The notes under the pieces are model-generated. The model worked only from the letters and a program-made list of their open reading frames with translations, searched no databases and was not told where the DNA came from. Both the position numbers and the translations under genes were made by a program. Positions 46,640 to 54,758 of a DNA stretch of 54,758 bases are shown one piece after another (the stretch's first letter is position 1; every line of letters starts with the position of its first letter). Source of the stretch: a virus (taxonomy: Duplodnaviria > Caudoviricetes); IMG/VR virus record IMGVR_UViG_3300048631_000451, positions 1 through 54,758 of that record; one strand, written 5' to 3'.

Positions 46640-46714
46640 GTTTAGTTTTATGAACTTTTTCTTGACAAGATTGTTTAGTTATATAGACTAAAATGACAGT
46701 TTAGAAAAACGAAC
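46640..46714 (+). promoter_or_regulatory. OL region: three 16-bp operators with PL
   Basis: GTTTAGTTTTATGAAC (46640-46655), GTTTAGTTATATAGAC (46673-46688), GTTTAGAAAAACGAAC (46699-46714). -35 TTGACA at 46662-46667; candidate -10 TAGACT at 46684-46689. Confidence 0.85.
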
Positions 46715-46730
46715 TTTGAGAGTTACAAAA

Positions 46731-47033
46731 ATGGATAGCAACACTAAACAAAATGCTTTTACTCATATATCGCTAGAAGCAAAAACGCTTATTGCAGCAT
46801 TAGCGGTTGAGTCATTCAACTTTCGCAATTACGTGCATGTGAATGTTGTAACCACCGCAACGGACCCATCAATTTGCGTGTTTATTTACGTAAACGGTAA
46901 ATGCGAACAATCAATAACTATTTATTTAACTGATAACGATGCAATAGCGGCTCTCCAAAAAGCATTCGACTTAGTTATTGCATACAAAAAGCAAGATAAG
47001 TCGCTTGCTCCACTAATCCAATTAGCGAGCTAA
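46731..47033 (+). CDS. Hypothetical protein, first gene of the PL operon
   Basis: ATG (MDSN) just downstream of OL. Confidence 0.7.
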   Translation: MDSNTKQNAFTHISLEAKTLIAALAVESFNFRNYVHVNVVTTATDPSICVFIYVNGKCEQSITIYLTDNDAIAALQKAFDLVIAYKKQDKSLAPLIQLAS

Positions 47034-47037
47034 GCCA

Positions 47038-47961
47038 ATGCATGACGTTCAAGAAATTCAGCGCTTATTAGCCGACCCTTTTGAAGAACATGACATTGAA
47101 TGGCGTGTTCAGCAAAGCGGTGTTTCTAACAATCAGAAGCCTTGGGTAATGGTTATTCCATACATCACTAACCGCGCAATCCAACAAAGACTCGATGACG
47201 TTCTCGGTCTGGATGGGTGGGAAAACGTTTATCAAGAAGCGGCTAACGGTAAAGGCTATCTTTGCGGGTTAAAAGTTCGCATTGGTGATAAATGGGTAAC
47301 TAAGTGGGATGGCGCAGAGTTCACAAATATAGAGCCCCTTAAAGGTGCTTTATCGGGTGCTATGAAGCGAACAGCCGTTCAATTTGGTATTGGCCGTTAC
47401 CTCTACTCTCTTGAATCAGAGTTTGCAACTTGCTCACCAGTCAATAACCGCTTTGAGTGCGATGGTGAATACATTCGCATTCCGCTTAATAAGCAACAGA
47501 AAAACGGCCCAAAAATGGAAGCGCAATGGTTCCCTCCCCAACTACCTGATTGGGCGTTACCAAAAGCGAAATTCGATAAGTACTTAGAAGCAATTGAGTC
47601 CGCAGAGTTAATGGAATCAATGCGAGAAGCTTATAACAAAGCTTACAAATACGCTGAAGCCGTAAACAGAATCGATATTCGAGACAAAGCGATAGCAATC
47701 AAAGACCGCAAAAAAGCTGAGCTTGAGAAGCAAAACCAAGATGAGGCAATAAATAAAAACAAAAAGTTTTTGAATTGGATCAAAACAAAAATCAGCGACC
47801 TGATCACAAGCGCTGAGAACGAATCAATTTTAAACCTTAACCATAAGAAACTGCTTCAAGAGGTTAAGGGCCATTGTAGAGCCAACAAAATTGACGCAAC
47901 CAATTTTGTTAGCCAGGTAAACGAAGCGCATCAACAAGCACTAATCAACCTAAGAAACTAA
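47038..47961 (+). CDS. Rad52/Rad22-family single-strand annealing protein (Sak-like)
   Basis: L..PF...IEWRVQ, YITNRAIQQRLD.V.G..GW, KGA.S.AMKR.AVQFGIGRYLY. Confidence 0.92.
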   Translation: MHDVQEIQRLLADPFEEHDIEWRVQQSGVSNNQKPWVMVIPYITNRAIQQRLDDVLGLDGWENVYQEAANGKGYLCGLKVRIGDKWVTKWDGAEFTNIEPLKGALSGAMKRTAVQFGIGRYLYSLESEFATCSPVNNRFECDGEYIRIPLNKQQKNGPKMEAQWFPPQLPDWALPKAKFDKYLEAIESAELMESMREAYNKAYKYAEAVNRIDIRDKAIAIKDRKKAELEKQNQDEAINKNKKFLNWIKTKISDLITSAENESILNLNHKKLLQEVKGHCRANKIDATNFVSQVNEAHQQALINLRN

Positions 47962-47976
47962 ATGGAGCATAGCACC

Positions 47977-49131
47977 ATGACTACAGCAAAGCAAAGCACT
48001 GCAACAAGTCTAGTAGAAGTCGTATTTCAAGAAGACCTAACAAAACAAGGTCTGGCAGAACTTCGTAAGAAGTACCCGAAGTCATTAAAACTTGATATGC
48101 AAGATGATGATGACTTCAAAGAAGCCCGTAAAATTCGAACTGAGCGCAACAAGCTAGCCAAGGCAATCAATGATCGTCGAATCAGCTTCACTAGTGAACT
48201 TAAAGATCACGGTGATGACTTAATCAATAAAATTGATGTTATTTACAATCCTATCATTACAGCGTTTGAAGCAGAGGATAAACGCCGTAAAGAAGAAGCA
48301 GCACGTATTAAAGCAGAACACGAAGCAATGCTAGATAAGCAGCGCCTAGATATTGCTGAGTTCAAAGGTTTTATTCAGCAATGCAAGGGCAAAGACTCTC
48401 AGTATATTGCTGATGCACTGGAGTCAGTAGATCTCATCGAAACTGATTCATTCCACAAAGACATTATTCATGAAGCTATCGACGCTAAAAAAGAAGTGAT
48501 CGAAACACTTAATGAAATGTATCAAACAGCGAAAGCTAACGAAAAAGTTGAAGCTGAACGTGCTGAGTTACGCGCCAAAGAAGAGCAAATTGAAAAAGAG
48601 CGCACTATTGAAAACCGCATTAATAAATTGCGTAACAGCCCTATGGATTTCTTTGGCAAGTCTAGCCAACTGATCCAAGACCGTATTACTCAGTTAGAAA
48701 ACTACACACCTACTGAAAGTGACTTTGGGCCTCGTCTAGATGAAGTTATCCAGCTTCAAGCACAGGTAATTCAGCAATTGCGAATGATGCTTACACAAGC
48801 CAAACAACTTGAATCTGTTAACTCAGTTGCTCAGCCAGTTGATGAGCAAGTCACCAGCCAAGATGTGCATAGCGTTCAGCAGGCTCAATTTGAACAACAA
48901 GAAGATAACCAACTTCTATCTCAAGATGCACCGCTTCTAGGCGGGACAATCAAGTCAGATGTTTTTGAAACTACAACTAATACTGATGGCTATATCCCTC
49001 TTGACTTATGGCCGAGTGCAATGGACCGAGCAGAGAACGATGAATTAGACCGCGTTTGTGATCAGCTCGAAGTAGCTGAAAGTCACATCGCATTCTTAGA
49101 AGCAGAATTAAACAAAGCGCTTGCTGCTTAA
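47977..49131 (+). CDS. Coiled-coil recombination-module protein (DUF1351-like)
   Basis: A.K.R.E.NKL.KAI.D.R N-terminal pattern and long helical body; GGAG RBS favours the MTTAK start. Confidence 0.6.
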   Translation: MTTAKQSTATSLVEVVFQEDLTKQGLAELRKKYPKSLKLDMQDDDDFKEARKIRTERNKLAKAINDRRISFTSELKDHGDDLINKIDVIYNPIITAFEAEDKRRKEEAARIKAEHEAMLDKQRLDIAEFKGFIQQCKGKDSQYIADALESVDLIETDSFHKDIIHEAIDAKKEVIETLNEMYQTAKANEKVEAERAELRAKEEQIEKERTIENRINKLRNSPMDFFGKSSQLIQDRITQLENYTPTESDFGPRLDEVIQLQAQVIQQLRMMLTQAKQLESVNSVAQPVDEQVTSQDVHSVQQAQFEQQEDNQLLSQDAPLLGGTIKSDVFETTTNTDGYIPLDLWPSAMDRAENDELDRVCDQLEVAESHIAFLEAELNKALAA

Positions 49132-49153
49132 TTCCAAACTTTAAACAAATGTA

Positions 49154-49167
49154 GCGCCTTCGGGCGC
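49154..49167 (+). other. Stable cUUCGg tetraloop hairpin in the intergenic spacer
   Basis: GCGCC-TTCG-GGCGC with no U-tract. Confidence 0.55.
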
Positions 49168-49187
49168 GTCATTTAAGGGGAGAAACT

Positions 49188-49430
49188 ATGTCATCAGTAA
49201 CAAGAATAGCTCAACACCGTATGACTCAGCACTTACGTTGTAACAACATTATTTTTGGGTCAGCAATAGTAGTATGCGCAAAAATAGAAAACGTGGAAGG
49301 TTGGGTTTTACCTGGTGGGAAATTTACTCGAAATAGAACTGAAGCTTTTAAAACGTGTAGAAAGATGCACTGCCTAATCGAGGTTCTAGGTGGCATAAAA
49401 CCAGTAAGTCATACAGATAGAGCGGCTTAA
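49188..49430 (+). CDS. Small phage protein (DUF1317-like)
   Basis: GGGGAG RBS; GWVLPGG....R..A motif. Confidence 0.65.
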   Translation: MSSVTRIAQHRMTQHLRCNNIIFGSAIVVCAKIENVEGWVLPGGKFTRNRTEAFKTCRKMHCLIEVLGGIKPVSHTDRAA

Positions 49431-49432
49431 TT

Positions 49433-49576
49433 ATGATGCACGATTACATGGCAATTCGCGGCAACTCAACACGCGCTTGTAAGGCTCGAAAACGCAAAGA
49501 ATTTATTAAATTAACTGCTGTCATTGGGGCAATTGTGTTTTTAGTTGCCACCGCTGTCTGGCTCACAACCAAGTAG
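49433..49576 (+). CDS. 47-aa tail-anchored membrane peptide (not in the ORF track)
   Basis: MMHDYMAIRGNSTRACKARKRKEFIKLTAVIGAIVFLVATAVWLTTK*; fills the gap between two genes. Confidence 0.6.
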   Translation: MMHDYMAIRGNSTRACKARKRKEFIKLTAVIGAIVFLVATAVWLTTK

Positions 49577-49583
49577 GTCCAGT

Positions 49584-51122
49584 ATGTTTTGTGTCTTTGG
49601 CGTAAGTAAAAAGAAATGTAAAGCCGCTGCTGAAAAGAAGGTAAATGCTATGCGTGGCGAACTTGCGCCAAAAAATCCAGCACAGCACAAACAACTGGTT
49701 GAGGTTATGACTGAAGAATTGTTTTTAAAGTCAAAACCTACAGCTGTCAGCGGCGAATTGTCAAGCCCAAGTCTAGTTGATGACTTTATAGAGCTAGCAA
49801 AAAAAACGGGCGATATACGAGCTTTAAAAGGTATGAGACGAGTACATAAAGCAAATAAAAAAGGTGCTTTGCAATACTCCAAGCGTACTAAAAAACCAAT
49901 TTTTGAGTGGGTGCCTCTTGAACAAAATTTCACTCAAGAGCTCATCAATGAAGAATTTTTTAAAGGTAATTTTATGCTTTTTTCAAATTTAATAATTTAT
50001 AAATTCAAGCAAGAAATTGAGTTCAATAATGAACAATTCAACGAAGCACTTGAGCAAGATATGTTTCGTCATTGTGGTGAACAAGAGTTGTCAACTTTAG
50101 GTTGGACTAAAGCTTTTGGGAAACATGGTGAAGCACTATGCCACTTTTCAAATCGCAAAATCCTAGTGTGCGCTAAACGTGAAGAAAAAGTCCTTCCAGC
50201 GGCTGTGATTAATGAAATAGTTGCGGAAAAAATTGAGCAAATTGAACTTGAGGAAAATCGCACTGTTAAGAAGAAAGAACGTGACGAACTAAAAGAAAAC
50301 ACTTTGCACACGCTGCTACCTCAAGCGTTTACTAAATCAAGCCTACAATACGCATTCATTGATATGGACAGCGGTTTATTAGTGGTTAACAGCGCTAGTT
50401 TTGGAAAAGCTGAAGAGCTCACCGCCCTATTGCGCAAGTCACTTGGCACCCTGCCAATTGTTCCAGCATTTGGGGAATTTGATTTAGATGTTTTTCTTAC
50501 TGATTGGTTAACTAACTTCTCTACCCCTGCCAACTTCTCAATTGGCGCAGATGCAGAAATGCAAGAGGCAGACGATAGTGGCGCAATTGTAAAACTGAAA
50601 GGTCATGACTTACAAGGTGACGAAATTAAAGCTCATTTAGATTTGGGTAAACGAGTAACAAAACTAGCTCTTAACTGGAAAGACCGTATCAAGTTTAACT
50701 TCCAAAATGATGGTGCCATCAAACAAGTTGGCTATTCAGACACACTGAAAGAAGAAAACGCTGATATTCCTGCTGAAGATATGCCAATTAAGTTAGATGC
50801 GGACTTCATTTTAATTGCAAGTGAATTGGTCGAAATGGTGACCGAGCTTACAAATGGCGGCCTTGTTAATGGGTACCCTGAAGATCAAGACGATACAAAC
50901 GAATCATTGCTCACAAAATTTCAAGACAACAATGGTAATGATGAGTTCTATACCGAAGCAGTAGAGTTTGTTCAAAAATCAAAACACGCAACCGTCTCAC
51001 GCATTCAGCGAAAATTTCGAATTGGCTATAACCGAGCTGCTCGATTAGTTGAACAGCTTGAAGCAAACGGCATCATCACCGCGCCTGGTCATAACGGCGC
51101 TCGAGAAGCATTAGTTAAGTAA
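49584..51122 (+). CDS. rdgC: RdgC recombination-associated protein with a basic N-terminal extension and C-terminal FtsK-gamma domain
   Basis: RdgC begins at MLFSNLIIYKF (49974, own AAAGGT RBS) with EEKVLP, LLPQAF, LRKSLG.LP and DADF.L motifs. FtsK-gamma motif SRIQRKFRIGYNRAARLVEQLE..GI. Confidence 0.9.
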   Translation: MFCVFGVSKKKCKAAAEKKVNAMRGELAPKNPAQHKQLVEVMTEELFLKSKPTAVSGELSSPSLVDDFIELAKKTGDIRALKGMRRVHKANKKGALQYSKRTKKPIFEWVPLEQNFTQELINEEFFKGNFMLFSNLIIYKFKQEIEFNNEQFNEALEQDMFRHCGEQELSTLGWTKAFGKHGEALCHFSNRKILVCAKREEKVLPAAVINEIVAEKIEQIELEENRTVKKKERDELKENTLHTLLPQAFTKSSLQYAFIDMDSGLLVVNSASFGKAEELTALLRKSLGTLPIVPAFGEFDLDVFLTDWLTNFSTPANFSIGADAEMQEADDSGAIVKLKGHDLQGDEIKAHLDLGKRVTKLALNWKDRIKFNFQNDGAIKQVGYSDTLKEENADIPAEDMPIKLDADFILIASELVEMVTELTNGGLVNGYPEDQDDTNESLLTKFQDNNGNDEFYTEAVEFVQKSKHATVSRIQRKFRIGYNRAARLVEQLEANGIITAPGHNGAREALVK

Positions 51123-51132
51123 GGGGTAAACC

Positions 51133-51777
51133 ATGGCTCACGGAGTTAATAAAGTAATCTTAGTTGGCAACTTAGGCCAAGATCCTGAAGTACGTTATAT
51201 GCCTAATGGCAATGGCGTGGCAAATATCAGTGTGGCTACAACTGATAGCTGGAAGGACAAAAATACAGGTCAATTGCAAGAGCGCACAGAATGGCATCGC
51301 GTAATTTTGTTCGGGAAACTTGCTGAGGTGGCCGGTGAATACTTACGTAAAGGTTCACAAGTTTTCATTGAAGGCCGCTTGCAAACTCGCAAATGGACCG
51401 ACCAATCAGGTCAAGAAAAATACACAACAGAAATCGTTGTCGATATGGGCGGACAGATGCAGATGCTTGGTGGCAGAAGTAACGATCAACATCAAGGAAC
51501 TGCCTATCAAGGTGGTGGTTATCAGGGCGGCCATCAACAAGGCGGTTATCAAGGTGGACAGCAACAAAGAGGTCCCCATCAAGGCGGACAACAGAATAAC
51601 CAACGTCAAAGCAATGCGCGAAATAACAATGCACAATGTGGATATGCCCCTAAACCGCAACAATCACAGCAGTACGGCGGACCTCAAAACCCTATGGAGC
51701 CACCTATTGATTTTGATGATGATATCCCATTCGCGCCCATCGGCTTGCAGTACCCTGCTCTATTGATGTGTATGTAA
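51133..51777 (+). CDS. ssb: Single-stranded DNA-binding protein
   Basis: [31 protein letters not shown]-rich linker, DFDDDIPF plus a 14-aa extension. Confidence 0.97.
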   Translation: MAHGVNKVILVGNLGQDPEVRYMPNGNGVANISVATTDSWKDKNTGQLQERTEWHRVILFGKLAEVAGEYLRKGSQVFIEGRLQTRKWTDQSGQEKYTTEIVVDMGGQMQMLGGRSNDQHQGTAYQGGGYQGGHQQGGYQGGQQQRGPHQGGQQNNQRQSNARNNNAQCGYAPKPQQSQQYGGPQNPMEPPIDFDDDIPFAPIGLQYPALLMCM

Positions 51778-51787
51778 GGAAGGTCCC

Positions 51788-52420
51788 ATGTTTGAACAAT
51801 TTAAAGGCAATAAATTCAACCTTATATACGCTGATCCCGCTTGGTCATTCAGCAATAAAAAGACAGGTGGAAGCATGACAAGCGGTGCTAAGCATCAATA
51901 CAAGTCGACAATGACTGTAGATGAAATCAAAGCAATGCCTATAGATGACATTGCAGCCGACGATTGCATATTGGTTCTGTGGTATGTCGGCGCAATGCCA
52001 CAAGAAGCACTAGACGTTGTGAAAGCATGGGGTTTCACACTTAAAAATATGAATGGCTTCGTATGGAACAAGCTTACTGTAAATAACATCCCATTTTTTG
52101 GTATGGGCTTTTGGACTCGCGGTGGGAGCGAGTCAGCCATTATCGCAATTAAAGGCAAGCCAAAAGTTGCAAGCCACTCAGTTAGAGCTGTGGGTCACTA
52201 CGATCCTGAAAGCTTAGATGAAGTTTTGAAGCACACAATATTTAGCGGTGCTTTTAAGGTTGGACAGCATAGCGAAAAGCCAAACGAGTATAGAGAGGCA
52301 TGCGTAGAGCTCGCAGGTGACGTGCCTCGTATCGAGTTATTTTCTCGTAAGCGTGTTAAAGGCTGGTCTGTTTGGGGTAATGAAGTGGGTAAATTAAATA
52401 AGAAGGCGAAAGCGGCATGA
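51788..52420 (+). CDS. MT-A70-family N6-adenine methyltransferase (orphan)
   Basis: IYADPAW, AWGF, FVWNK, GMGFWTR..SE, HSEKP, IELFSR..GW.VWGNE. Confidence 0.92.
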   Translation: MFEQFKGNKFNLIYADPAWSFSNKKTGGSMTSGAKHQYKSTMTVDEIKAMPIDDIAADDCILVLWYVGAMPQEALDVVKAWGFTLKNMNGFVWNKLTVNNIPFFGMGFWTRGGSESAIIAIKGKPKVASHSVRAVGHYDPESLDEVLKHTIFSGAFKVGQHSEKPNEYREACVELAGDVPRIELFSRKRVKGWSVWGNEVGKLNKKAKAA

Positions 52421-53940
52421 GCTTATTAAAAAATGAAATCGTCGTTGATAACTTTGCCGGAGGTGGAGGCGCGAGCACTGGCATGGAATTAGGCTTGAAT
52501 AGGCACGTTGATATAGCAATCAATCACGACCCTGCGGCTATTGATATGCACAAAGTTAATCACCCAGAAACAAAACACTATTGTGAATCAGTTTGGGATG
52601 TTAGTCCTATTGAAGCATGTGCTGGCCGCCCTGTTGGTCTAGCTTGGTTTAGTCCTGACTGTAAACATTTTAGTAAAGCCAAAGGCGCTAAACCTGTAGA
52701 AAAGTCAATTCGAGGTCTAGCTTGGGTGGTAGTTCGTTGGGCCGCTCTAGTGCCAATGCGCACATTCATGCTAGAGAATGTTGAAGAATTTTTAACCTGG
52801 GGACCGGTTATTGAAGTTGAGCCAGGGAAATATAGGCCATGCCCTCACCGAAAAGGTGAAACATTTAATGCCTTTATTGATTGCATGACAACAGGCTTGG
52901 ATATAAATCACCCTGCATGGACTGAAATTAAAGAAGTACTTGGCGATGACTTCCCATATGACAAGTTAGAAACCGGATTAGGGTATGACATTGAACATAA
53001 AATATTAACTGCTTGCGATTTCGGCGCACCAACAACAAGAAAGCGGCTTTTCCTGATTGGACGAAATGATGGATTATCTATCAATTGGCCAATGCCAACG
53101 CACGGCAAAACTGGCTCAGGTTTAGCCCCCTACAAAACAGCAGCGGATATTATCGACTGGTCCATTCCAGTTAAGTCGATATTTAATCGAAAAAAAGACT
53201 TAGCTGAATCAACTATGTCTCGTATTGCAAAAGGCATTCAAAAATTCATAGTTGAAGCTGATGAGCCATTTATTGTTGATAGTGAAAAAGCAGCGCCCTT
53301 TATTACAGAGCATGCGAATGCTTCTAACCAGCGCAACATGGCAGCAAATGAGCCACTAAGAACTATTTGCGCTCAAGTTAAAGGCGGTCATTTTGCACTA
53401 GTGGCCCCAATCATTGAAAGGCAGTTTAGCGCTTCAACTTGCAATCGTGCAAATGATCCTTTGGCAACGATTACTGCTGGCGGTGGCGGTAAATCAGCCC
53501 TTGTCACAAGCCATATGATAAAACTGCGTGGAGACAATGTTGGTCATGCTACCAGCGAGCCACTACAGACAATATCAGCCGGCGGCAATCATTTTGGTGA
53601 AGTACAAGCGTTCTTAATTAAGTATTACGGTACATCTGATGCACAAGACGTCAAGAAGCCACTCGGAACAGTGACAACTAAAGATCGTTTTGGTCTGGTA
53701 ACTGTTAAGGGCGAGCAATACCAAATAGTTGATATAGGAATGAGGATGCTTGAACCGCATGAACTATTTGCAGCAATGGGCTTTCCTGCTGACTACCAAA
53801 TTGCATTTGATTCTAAAGGCAAAAAGAACACCAAGAAAAACCAAGTTGCTCGATGTGGTAATGCAGTATGTCCACCTATCGCGCAAGCATTAGTAAAAGC
53901 AAACTTTGAACATGCGGAAGTAATGGAGGTAGCAGCTTAA
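52417..53940 (+). CDS. C5-cytosine DNA methyltransferase (orphan)
   Basis: Motif I DNFAGGGGAS, IV SPDC, VI ENVEEF, VIII T.RKRLF, X GNAVCP. Confidence 0.95.
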   Translation: MSLLKNEIVVDNFAGGGGASTGMELGLNRHVDIAINHDPAAIDMHKVNHPETKHYCESVWDVSPIEACAGRPVGLAWFSPDCKHFSKAKGAKPVEKSIRGLAWVVVRWAALVPMRTFMLENVEEFLTWGPVIEVEPGKYRPCPHRKGETFNAFIDCMTTGLDINHPAWTEIKEVLGDDFPYDKLETGLGYDIEHKILTACDFGAPTTRKRLFLIGRNDGLSINWPMPTHGKTGSGLAPYKTAADIIDWSIPVKSIFNRKKDLAESTMSRIAKGIQKFIVEADEPFIVDSEKAAPFITEHANASNQRNMAANEPLRTICAQVKGGHFALVAPIIERQFSASTCNRANDPLATITAGGGGKSALVTSHMIKLRGDNVGHATSEPLQTISAGGNHFGEVQAFLIKYYGTSDAQDVKKPLGTVTTKDRFGLVTVKGEQYQIVDIGMRMLEPHELFAAMGFPADYQIAFDSKGKKNTKKNQVARCGNAVCPPIAQALVKANFEHAEVMEVAA

Positions 53941-54170
53941 TGAAAGCAGTCGTTAAACGCCGAGCGCATAACTGGTTTGCACTCAATAACAAAGAGGGGT
54001 TGCCCATGGCAAAAAATGAGTATAAATGCCGAGTTGATGGCGTACTAGGCAAAGTAGGAAAAGCTTTTGCCCTGTGCGGCAAAGCTGGTGTTAATAGCAA
54101 GTGTGCGGCGCATGGCAATTATAAATGCGAACACAAAATGAAGGTAGTAAAGCAAAAGGTGAAAGCATGA
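53940..54170 (+). CDS. Small Cys-rich basic hypothetical protein
   Basis: Overlaps both neighbours; an alternative start at 54006 has a GAGGGG RBS. Confidence 0.6.
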   Translation: MKAVVKRRAHNWFALNNKEGLPMAKNEYKCRVDGVLGKVGKAFALCGKAGVNSKCAAHGNYKCEHKMKVVKQKVKA

Positions 54171-54463
54171 AAAAACGACCAACTTGCAAGCAGTACCTAA
54201 CGCATCTATTTCGACAAATGCGAATAGCAATGCCTGATAAGCCAGGTGAGCCTGTTAAGCTATTTCAGCTTTACATGAATGATGTTATGACAGAGCCAAA
54301 GATACGCATTTACTACAGCACAGTGAATGGACGCACTTATTACGATATGGAAATACCAGACCAAGACGAAGGTTTTGCAGAGCGTTTAGAAATAGTGGCA
54401 GGACATATTAATAGTGCCATTTATTTGGCTGCAAACCCGATTGATAACAAGAAAACAGCATAG
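54167..54463 (+). CDS. Hypothetical protein
   Basis: ATGA overlap and AAGGTG RBS (start MKKRPT). Confidence 0.7.
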   Translation: MKKRPTCKQYLTHLFRQMRIAMPDKPGEPVKLFQLYMNDVMTEPKIRIYYSTVNGRTYYDMEIPDQDEGFAERLEIVAGHINSAIYLAANPIDNKKTA

Positions 54464-54470
54464 GTGATGT

Positions 54471-54695
54471 ATGAGCTTACCATCAAGCAAGTTTTACACA
54501 ACTCAGGAAGTAGCAGCCATGGAAGGAGTAACAGAGGACTACTTAAGAAAGCTGGTTGCTAAAGGCGATTTTATTAAACCCAACCGCCCTGGCAAGCCTC
54601 ATCGTTGGCTTAAAACTTCAATTGACAAATACTACTCTGATTTAGATAAATATCATTTAGGCGCGAATTCAAGTCCGAAGTGCACCACTCGCTAA
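54471..54695 (+). CDS. xis: Excisionase / AlpA-type HTH protein; 3' end altered by an IS insertion
   Basis: YTTQEVAAMEGVT..LRKLV.KG.F.KP....RW...ID; last gene of the PL operon. Confidence 0.75.
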   Translation: MSLPSSKFYTTQEVAAMEGVTEDYLRKLVAKGDFIKPNRPGKPHRWLKTSIDKYYSDLDKYHLGANSSPKCTTR

Positions 54696-54758
54696 ATTAG
54701 GCTGCTTTGCGTAATTCATCGAATATTACCGCTGGTTGCCTAAACCCTAGACATTTTC
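54660..54758 (-). mobile_element. Right end of an IS30-family insertion sequence (truncated by the window edge)
   Basis: Minus frame 54756-54697 reads KCLGFRQPAVIFDELRKAA*, matching the IS30 transposase C-terminal RPRKxLGxxxP motif. It is followed by an IR-like GGTGCACTTCGGACTTGAATTCGCGCC. Confidence 0.8.

Larger units (their letters stand above)
1970..54695. mobile_element. Temperate podovirus-type prophage (lambdoid early region plus 933W/phi24B-like late region). Ends not defined; the morons at 20-1920 may also belong to it
   Basis: Contiguous, tightly packed phage modules (immunity, replication, Q, lysis, packaging, head, tail, ejection) with no tape-measure, tube or sheath genes. No integrase or att site seen in the window. 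Confidence 0.95.

Noticed and set aside
51490-51600. Short tandem repeats (TATCAAGGTGG-like) in ssb
   Set aside because: Ordinary G/Q-rich low-complexity SSB linker
51788-53940. Restriction-modification system
   Set aside because: No cognate endonuclease adjacent; the position in the early operon fits orphan phage methyltransferases
1-54758. Integrase and attL/attR direct repeats
   Set aside because: No tyrosine or serine recombinase ORF, and no end-to-end repeat that I could detect by eye; probably beyond the IS30 at the right edge

Overview
Nearly the whole window is one temperate, short-tailed prophage. The host is probably a marine gammaproteobacterium such as Pseudoalteromonas; this is an impression from composition and gene content only. 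The early region is lambdoid: a cI/cro/cII switch with six recognisable 16-bp operators, O/P replication with an iteron origin inside O, nin-region nucleases and Q, and a PL operon (Rad52-like SSAP, RdgC-FtsK-gamma, SSB, two orphan methyltransferases, excisionase). The late region on the minus strand follows the gene order and sizes I recall for the Stx-phage 933W/phi24B group: lysis, terS, terL, portal, scaffold, 404-aa N4-gp56-type capsid, cement, adaptors, lateral fibre, nozzle, needle, five ejection-module genes and a ~2500-aa polyvalent protein. No integrase or att site is visible. The right edge runs into the end of an IS30-family element inserted in the 3' end of the excisionase. The most notable observations are: (1) an unannotated 33-aa hydrophobic peptide in a highly structured RNA antisense to the PR operon, resembling a type I toxin locus; (2) a second copy of the PR'-like late promoter in front of the ejection-protein operon; (3) a tail-needle homologue expanded to 2155 aa by nested repeats; (4) a RyR-domain fusion between portal and scaffold; (5) an SSB whose DDDIPF tip is capped by 14 extra residues; (6) an Ntn/proteasome-like moron. 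All family assignments come from motif recognition by eye, without database searches.
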